Position numbers and translations under genes: made by a program | In this document: positions 56,009-64,000 of the stretch, piece by piece | Layout of the letters: each line of letters begins with the position of its first letter | Position numbering within the stretch: position 1 is the first letter of the stretch | Notes under the pieces: model-generated | What the model saw: only the letters and a program-made list of their open reading frames with translations | The model's database searches: none | What the model was told of the DNA's origin: nothing | NCBI RefSeq assembly: GCF_006345805.1 | Contig: NC_042997.1 | Span: forward strand, 34,162,001-34,226,000 | Length of the DNA stretch: 64,000 bases | Direction: 5' to 3' | From: Octopus sinensis | Taxonomy: Eukaryota

Positions 56009-56200
56009 TATCATAAGTTGAAGACGGGAAGGATGACTTCCCTTTGCAAATACTGACAGGACACAGATAGTGTGTCTATGGCCAGCTGGAGGAGTGTGTC
56101 CTCCTGGGGCTAAAAACTACAGTAGCATCCACCCGTAGGGGTTAGCCATATTGAAATGGCAAAAATACGTCAATTATATATAGTATATATATATATATAT

Positions 56201-56332
56201 ATTTTATTTATAGAAGGAGCTTCTACAGGACTAGAACTGTTTCATTCAAATGAAATCATCAGGAGCTTCCTGATGATTTCATTTGAAGAAACAGTTCTAG
56301 TCCTGTAGAAGCTCCTTCAATAAAATAAATTA
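56201..56332. repeat. ~130-bp palindrome made of two head-to-head hammerhead motifs
   Basis: Arms of about 60 bp with a GCT centre at 56265-56267; the arms differ by small indels. Confidence 0.92.
56261..56316 (+). ncRNA. Type I hammerhead ribozyme; predicted cleavage after A56307 (GUA)
   Basis: AGGAGCTTC-CTGATGA-TTTCATTTGAA-GAAA-CAG ttctagtc CTG-TA-GAAGCTCCT. Helix I is 9 bp and helix III 4 bp; helix II is weak, with U10.1-A11.1. Confidence 0.75.
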
Positions 56333-56418
56333 ATTACTCTGCTATGTATTGAGTACCTTAATTACTGTGGTACCCCGACTCAACCCGGGACCTACACACA
56401 CACCACATATATATATAT

Positions 56419-56469
<51 letters not shown>

Positions 56470-57344
56470 CATATATATATATAGATAAGCAAAAGTGCTA
56501 ACAGTTAACCAGCTAGACGAGATAGCCTCTTGGTGTTCGAATGGACAGCCATTTTAAAGTCGCCACGAATAATATATATATATATATACATGCACACATA
56601 TATATATATATATACGTTTGTATGCATGTATATGTGTGTGTATGTATATATGTATGTATGCATGCGTTTATTTTGATATACACGTGCGTATCGGCGTGTA
56701 CATAATTATTTATATATACTTACACATACATACGTGCATACATACACGCACATACATACATAGATGCATAAATACGTGCATGCATGCATACATACACACA
56801 TACAGATATATATACATCCATACATACGTACATACATGCATACATACATACTTACATACATACATGCATACATACATACATGCATGCATACATACACACA
56901 TACAGATATGTATACATCCATGCATACGTACATAGATGCATACATGCATGCACGCATGACTGCACACGCGCACACACAGACACTCTCTCTCTTACACGCT
57001 CACGTATTTTTATGTCAATGCATATGTAGATATATGTGTACTAATTTATGCTTATATCTCTATATTTTTAAGTTTACGGATACATTGATACATGAATAAA
57101 TATATACATATTTACACTGACACAGATACACTCAAAGACTTGTGCGTACATGCGTATGCGCACTCACACATACGCGCGCACACAAATACTCGTACTCATA
57201 CAAATGTTTATACAGAATGTTTATTTTGGCCTGGTAGTTATATTGTAAAAAAAAAGTAAATATTTATTTTTGATCTGAAACCCTATAACCCAGAAAACAG
57301 TAAAATCTCATCACACACACACACACAGACACACACACTCTCTC

Positions 57345-57379
<35 letters not shown>

Positions 57380-57484
57380 CGCACACGCACACACACTCAC
57401 AACCGTTAGCGCTAACAGAAAAATATTGGTCGATTCCAAGGCAACATGTAGCCGTTTATGAGTTGATCATTCTGAAACACACCC

Positions 57485-57550
<66 letters not shown>

Positions 57551-57696
57551 ACACACACACACATACTGTTGTGGCTGAGGAGATTCATTCCCTTTTAGTG
57601 TCTTATAATTTAACACACTCACCGGTTTGAATCAAAAGTTTCTTACGTATTTCCTGCTTTAATTAACTGTTCCCACAAATTACATACGAAAAGTGC

Positions 57697-58005
57697 TCAT
57701 TCATCAAAATATATCCCATCATATTCTATTGCCCGTTGCAATTATTGATCCAGCAGTTTACTTCCACGCTTATACCATCTGGCTGGTTTAGAGGCAAAAG
57801 TCTCCTGGCACCCGATTTCAATTCCATCCGCATTGTTGAACCTCTGTATATGCAAGAAATATGCCACGGATCGGAAAATAGCGTAATCCGATAGTGCAAG
57901 GCCTGGATTGTAAGACAGAGTGAGTGAGCACTTCAAGCCCAACAAGTTCCTTAAATTTGCACTTGGGCACGTTGACAGCGTGTGCTTGGGAATTTTCATG
58001 AGTAC
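57697..58005 (-). pseudogene. Mariner (DD34D-type) transposase C-terminal fragment
   Basis: HENSQAH...EVLTH/SYNPGLALSDYAIFRSVAYFLHIQRFNN...FASKPARWYKRG...IEYDGIYFDE* matches HDNARPH...HPPYSPDLAPSDY-x-LFRS...RFNN. Cut off by the SINE at 58010. Confidence 0.8.
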
Positions 58006-58009
58006 ATCA

Positions 58010-58238
58010 TTCTCTTTTACTCTTTTACTCTTTTACTTGTTTCAGTCATTTGACTGCGGCCATGCTGGAGCACCGCCTTTAATCGAGCAACTCGAGCCCG
58101 GGACTTATTCTTTTGTAATCCCAGTACTTATTCTATCGGTCTCTTTTGCCGAACCGCTAAGTAACGGGGACATTTACACACCAGCATCGGTTGTCAAGCA
58201 ATGCGAGGGGGACAAACACAGACACACAAACACACACA

Positions 58239-58274
<36 letters not shown>

Positions 58275-58520
58275 GGAGTAAACACATAAATGTGAAACAA
58301 GGTGGAAAAAAGAGTACTCAAATACCAGTGGTAGAGTAATAAAGTATATATATACATATATACGACGGGCTTCTTTTCAGTTTCCGTCTACCAAATCCAC
58401 TCACAAGGCTTTGGTCGGCCCGAGGCTACAGTAGAAGACACTTGCCCAAGGTGCCACGCAGTGGGACTGAACCCGGAACCATGTGGTTGGTAAACAAGCT
58501 ACTTACCACACAGCCACTCT
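58010..58520 (-). mobile_element. Complete C-microsatellite-D SINE with a ~74-bp insertion (58272-58345) in the microsatellite
   Basis: D half 58010-58220 and C half 58360-58520, both on the minus strand. Confidence 0.85.
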
Positions 58521-58690
58521 TGAATGATACATTCATGTATCATTATTTTAATATTTTGATTTTAATGTTTTTCACGTTCATTTTCACGCGTAATTCATAG
58601 CATCATGTTTTAATTTTAAATGTCCCCCACATGTGTTGGAGTGCGCCCCCCCTTTATGTAATGCATTTATGGCAATTTGAAAGAAATAAA

Positions 58691-59060
58691 GAAGCTTGCT
58701 TTCCAACCACATGTTGCCTTCTACTATAGTCTCGGGGCGACCGAAGACTTGTTAGTGGATTTAGTAGACAGAAACTGAAAGAAGTACGTTGTGTATATGT
58801 GTGTATGTGTGTGTGCATGTGCGTACGTATGTGTGTATGTGTGTGCGCATATTTCTATGCGTGTGTGTGTCCACCATCGCTTGACAACCGATGCTGGTGT
58901 GGTTACGTCCCTGTAACTTAGCGGTTTGACAAAAGAGACCGATAGAATAAGTGCTATAGTTACAAAGAATAAGTTCCGAGGTCGATTTTTTCGACTAAAA
59001 CCCTTTAAGGTGGCGCTCCAGCATGGCCACAATTAAAAGGTTGAAACAAGTAAAAGAATT
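58691..59060 (+). mobile_element. Diverged, internally deleted C-microsatellite-D SINE
   Basis: Homology to 26456-26860. Confidence 0.75.
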
Positions 59061-60576
59061 AAAAAAATAAATGTTTATATGTTAAATATGAAAATAAAGA
59101 ATAAAGAATTAAGCAACAATAGTGTAACAAGTTGTATCAAATTTATGATATAACATGGAGATACAAGTTGCCAAAAATCAGTGAAAATCCAAAAAATCTT
59201 TTCACACACACACACACACATGCGTGCGCATATGTGGAATGAACAAAGCATAGAGGTACTGAAAGCATATTTTTTCCTTGGTTACCGCTGTTTCAACAAC
59301 ATAAAGGAAATAAATCATTTAATAATTTGGGAAACATGAATATGAGCAATGATTATGTAACATTGGTTACATAATATCGACTACAAAATGAAAGGCCGTA
59401 GTCATTTCATCATGGCTCTGATGAATAAATGAATATAAAAACAACTTGGATGAATTCACCTAAATATAGATACAAACAGTTTGGTAGGATATGTCTCATG
59501 TTAATACTGAAAGAAGGATTTTCCGATAGAATATGAGAATAATGAAGATAACGGTTTTAGTGTATCATTTGACGAAATCCTTTTCGAAGCTGCATTCTAA
59601 AACAGTCAGGCTGTTGTCCGGTCGGGAAGGTAAAATATTATCAAAAATGTGTATCATTGTATAGTTTCATAAAACGACTACGATACGCGTGTCTAGTGAG
59701 GAGTCAAAGAAAATCGTAACGTTTAGAGAGAGAACAAAGAAGTGCAGAAAAGAAGAACGAAAAAGAGATAGAAATAAAAGAATGAAAGATGGTTGAATTG
59801 AAAAGATAAGCACAATACGCAGTGTCATATGTCTTTATACTTAAAGGGGCCAAGAGAGATGTATAAAAATGAGTGACAAATGTCAGAATTAAATAATTTA
59901 AAAATATAAAACGTAGCAAAATGTCATAAATAATGTTAAAAAGCATAATAGTAATAAAAATAATGATAAAAATTAAAAAGTAAAAGTGTACAGTTAGTAT
60001 ATATATATATGCACATATGTTCATACATATACGAAAACACATACAAACACTCTTATATATATATGTGTATGTATGTATAAAGTCAGGCACATACATATAC
60101 ACGCACGCACAATAATGCATATATATATACATATACACACATATGCTCGCTTATTCACCCATTAATATCTCCCGCATGAAAACTTGTATAGGTATATACA
60201 CATATATACATATATAGTAATCAATACGAGAAATAAAAAGTCAATGAAATAAATAAGATTGTGCTGAATGCAACAGGATGAATGTGTGAAATAGAGTATT
60301 TAGGGTCAAGAATATAAGTTGGTGTATAAAATTTAGGTTGATCCCGAAAAAGGAGAAACAAGCAATAATAAATCTCTGAGCAAGATGTAAACAATAGCAG
60401 CTCGAAATCGTAAAGTATAGTTACCACGTAAATGTGGGTGACCCATAAAGGACGATGCTACTGTTATTTATAACCCCACGAAGACAGCTCTTCCAGCTGG
60501 CTAACGACACACTGTCTGTGTCCGATTAGTATTTGCGGAGGGATATCATCTTTCCCATCTCTAGCCTTACCTGATA

Positions 60577-60621
60577 CATACGGACCCGGGTTTCTGGGTA
60601 GTAAATCGGCATCAGCGTGTG
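60577..60621 (-). ncRNA. Degenerate hammerhead (A9C, helix II damaged)
   Basis: Minus strand reads CACACG-CTGATGC-CGATTTACTACCCA-GAAA-CCCGGG-TC-CGTATG. Confidence 0.55.
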
Positions 60622-61020
60622 ACAGTCACTGTCTAGAGAGAAGAACTGATTTCGAACGAAAAATATTATATGCTTTTTCCAGTGACAAATCGTCGCTGAT
60701 TTCGAAAAAGGAGAAACAAGCTATAATAAATTTCTGAGCGAGATGTAAGCAATAGCAGCACGAAATCGTGAAGTATATTTACCACCTAAATGTGGCTGAC
60801 CCATAGATGACGGTGCTACTGTTGTTTATAGCTCCAAGAAAACATCCCCTCCAGCTGGTTAACGACACACGATTTCGTGCTACTAATGTTTAATTATCGC
60901 TCAGAGATTTATTATTGCTTGTGTCTCCTTTTTCGATATCAGCAACGACGGTTTGTCACCGTAAAAAGCATATAGTAGTTTTCGTTTGAAATCAGTTCTC
61001 ATCCCCAGCCGGTGATTGTT

Positions 61021-61063
61021 ACACGCTGATGACGGGTTGCTACTCAGAAACCCGGGACTATTT
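61021..61063 (+). ncRNA. Degenerate hammerhead (cleavage site and helix I 3' strand damaged)
   Basis: ACACG-CTGATGA-CGGGT tgct ACTCA-GAAA-CCCGGG-AC-TATTT. Confidence 0.55.
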
Positions 61064-62067
61064 GTATCACTTAAGGCTAGAGATGGGAAAGATGATTTTC
61101 CTTCGCAAATACTAATCGGACACAGACAGTGTGTCGTTAGCCAGCTGGAGGAGGTCTCTTCCTGGGGCTACAAACAACAGTAGCATCGTCCTCCCCTATG
61201 GGTCAGCAACATTTAGGTGGCAAATATACTTCACGATTTCGTACTGCAACTGTTTACATCTTGCTCAAAGATTTATTATTGCTTATATATATATATTCTT
61301 ATACTATCTACTTGTTGGGTAAAGAGGATTTTAGAATATTTTATTAACGTGATGTCTGCATCTGATCATTATGCATATTAATTAGAATGGATTAGCATCT
61401 CAGAATCTTAAGCACCTCTGCAGATCATAAGTAACAATTATCCCCATTCCCTTCATAGAGAAAAGTAGTCCGTATAACGGATAAGGAAATTGAGTGATTA
61501 ATATTTCTTTCAAATTCCAGATTAATTCCGCTTTGTAGCCTTTTCTTATCATTAAAAGAAAGCGTTCGAATTGTTCTCGTATTAATTTATTCTTCAAGGT
61601 GTTGATGAAATGACTATGGGTTTTCATTATAAAATCAATATTATATAATATTGCATAATCATTGCTCACGTTCATTTTTCCAACTTGTTAACTCCTCTAT
61701 AAGCTAAGCATTGTTGAAACTGTTGTAAATCGAGAAGTAGTGATAAAGAACCACCTAGGATTTTCACTTTGTGTGAAAATCATATTTCTACTGCTCTTTT
61801 CTAGACATTAAGTCGCTTTTGCAGGAAGCCTGACTGAGGTAACAGCTTGGATTTTTGTAATCCCTTTCATTTGCCGTACATATGTACATGCACACATAGG
61901 AACATATATACATACATATCTACACTCATACATACATACATACACATAGAAACACACACACGTGCGCGCGCATACACACACACATATATACATACACATA
62001 TAATTTCAGTCCAAGAGTTCTGCCGTAGCAGTAGCTAGGTAGCATATAAAGTGTCTTTATATGAAAT

Positions 62068-62102
<35 letters not shown>

Positions 62103-62144
62103 TTCTCAGTCTACCTATCACCTAGTTGTTTTATGAATTTATAT

Positions 62145-62196
<52 letters not shown>

Positions 62197-62199
<3 letters not shown>

Positions 62200-63155
62200 T
62201 AGCAGAGATACTCGGCGTTGCCCGTGTTACATACAATTGAAGAATTAGACTCTTCTGTTATATTTTCTCTAATGAACTGGAATATCTCTGTTTCGAATTT
62301 CATCAAAATTGCAGATCAGGGTTATTTCCCTCTTTACACACCCCCCAAAATTGTAATCGTGCCACATGTATCCCACACTACTGATTTTTATGCGCATATT
62401 CCAAAATTCCAGCAAATGGAAGGGCGTGATCTCAAGTGAAATAAACATTAACAACTGTGTGACGTGAGGGCTAAGGAGAAATGAAAGTTGGAGTTTGCAA
62501 ATGACCACTATACTGATATGTAACTGGACAGAATAAATTTACAATCTATAAATGTCTTTGAATAACCAGTCACTCATCTGGTAAGGCCTTGAAATAAATG
62601 TTACTATCTGGGGGCTATGTTTGACCGAGTGATAATAAAAAGACTGAAAGGAGATCTGCAATCAATTAAACTCAACGCTTTGCAACTGAATCAGTGGAGG
62701 CAAAGATGCCTCTCATTTACTTGGCAATGTATGCAGCACATTGCAGAAATCACAATCTAAGTGTATGTAAAAGCAAACTGTTACAGTGTTGTACCATTGA
62801 ATTAGAAATAATGCTCAACTTTTATGCTCGGGTAACCCTACAGCTTCCAAGAGCACTACTGTATTCGTTTTTGCTTTGATAAAATGTCAAAAAATGTGGG
62901 TGTTAAGTCCCCATGGAGGGGTGTTTATAACTTCTAAGAAGATGAAATTTTATAAATATTACTTTATTTGTGTCTAATATCTATGGTTAAAATTTCCTCA
63001 ACAGCAAAAATATATGAATTGTCATGGGGGTTATGGCCCTTATGCATAGAATATAATTTCCAAATTTCATAAAGATCCATTCAGTACTTTTGACCTAGTT
63101 TTTGATCATTAAAGAAATGACTAAAATTTGGGAGTTATGGCTCCCATTAGGGTGT
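62197..63155 (+). mobile_element. Possible non-autonomous Helitron/Helentron-like element
   Basis: Starts (TA)n-ACTAGCAGAGATACTCGGCGTTGCCCG, which resembles HINE/DINE-type left ends. Contains CCAAATTTCATAAAGATCC-type motifs and ends at (TA)n. Based on pattern recognition only. Confidence 0.35.
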
Positions 63156-63202
63156 TATATATATATATATATATATATGTAGATAGATAGATATATGTAG
63201 AT

Positions 63203-63233
<31 letters not shown>

Positions 63234-63502
63234 AAGATAATTTGATAGATACAACAGATTGGGCAAACAAAAATATGAGACACAGCCTGATGCTTTTTTT
63301 ATGTTGATAAGCTTGGTACTTATTCTATTAGTTTCTTCTTGTAAAACAAGTAAGTTAAGTGGATGTAAATATATGAACAGCAGTTGTGAAGCAGTGATGA
63401 GGGCGAAACACAGAGACAAAAACACACACATACACTTACATATATACATACATATATATATGCGATTGATTTATTTCAGTTCCTGTCTACGAAATCCATA
63501 CA

Positions 63503-64000
63503 TATTGTTGTTGGCATCCTTTTTGTCTCGGGAGACAATGGAGTTGCGCATAAAATAATCTAGTCCGGCTTTTACAATTCCTGTCCTAATACATCTCCTG
63601 CCGTGGCTGTGTAGTCCTATCCTGGACAAACACTCCCTCTGGCAGGTGCCGTAAATGTAGCGAAGACTTTGCCTGGCTGGTTGTCATATTTTCTTGTTGA
63701 CGTAATTTCTTGTCTTTTCATATCTCCTCTCTCTCTCTATGTCACTCCTTTGTGTTCCCTCTTTTACGGTACGTCGCCAATCTCCTGGGTTGCTGGCAAC
63801 TGCTTCCCAGTTTGTAATATTGATGTTGCAGGCATTCATGTCCCTTTTGCAAACATCCTTGTATTGTAAGAACGGTCTTCTCACAGACCTAGTGCCCCTA
63901 GTAAGCTCTCCGTAGAGTATGTCCTTGGGGATTCTGCCATCTTCCATACGGCTAACATGTCCAAGCCATCTCATACGTCTTTGTGTGAGGAGTGCAAACA
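63503..64000 (-). mobile_element. RTE-clade LINE 3' end, running off the window
   Basis: FALLTQRRMRWLGHVSRMEDGRIPKDILYGEL..G.R...RP.LQYKDVCKRDM, then after a frameshift TCQRECLSRIGLHSHGRRC. 3' UTR CCATTGTCTCCCGAGACAAAAAGGATGCC with a (CAA)n tail. Confidence 0.9.

Larger units (their letters stand above)
55473..56172. mobile_element. HHR-bearing tandem repeat: inverted partial copy (55473-55597) + unit 1 (55597-55940) + partial unit 2 (55941-56172); retrozyme / Penelope pLTR-like
   Basis: 344-bp period. 55473-55597 is the reverse complement of 55743-55868. Both ends abut (TA)n. No ORF. Confidence 0.85.
60340..61285. mobile_element. Sister HHR-repeat family: ~1.5 tandem units on minus (358-bp period) joined at ~60870 to ~1.15 units on plus (364-bp period)
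   Basis: GAAAAAGGAGAAACAAGC at 60346 and 60704; GATTTCGT at 60871 and 61235. Shares GCAAATACT..GGACACAGA.AGTGTGTC...GCCAGCTGGAGGA with the 55.6-kb unit. Confidence 0.85.

Noticed and set aside
63390-63420. GTGATGAGGGCGAAAC
   Set aside because: A chance variant of the SINE D end; no helices.

Overview
AT-rich, repeat-saturated, non-coding animal DNA. It is most likely cephalopod (Octopus-like), inferred from the SINE families and microsatellite load and not verified by search. No intact host gene, tRNA, rRNA or CRISPR array can be supported, and nearly all track ORFs are microsatellite or SINE artefacts. The window contains: (1) about 25 copies of four tRNA-head SINE groups, including head-to-tail trimers and a bipartite SINE with an internal microsatellite; (2) LINE remnants (three CR1/L2-like, one RTE-like); (3) one full-length but dead IR/DR-type Tc1 element (DD34E) plus mariner fragments; (4) three Penelope-like GIY-YIG endonuclease fragments; (5) several palindromes and inverted repeats. 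The main discovery is a set of hammerhead ribozyme (HHR) motifs from at least four sequence families. At 55.5-56.2 kb a 344-bp tandem unit carries a core-perfect minimal HHR and is preceded by an inverted partial copy. At 56.2-56.3 kb two HHRs sit head-to-head in a palindrome. At 60.3-61.3 kb a diverged sister family has the same tandem-plus-inverted layout with compensatory changes. Further solo motifs lie at 11.7, 13.1, 30.7 and 49.3 kb. All of these except the 56.2-56.3 kb pair have a self-complementary helix III, the signature of dimeric HHRs in Penelope pseudo-LTRs and retrozymes. This suggests a non-autonomous, ribozyme-processed, possibly circRNA-producing retroelement system. Activity and novelty remain untested.
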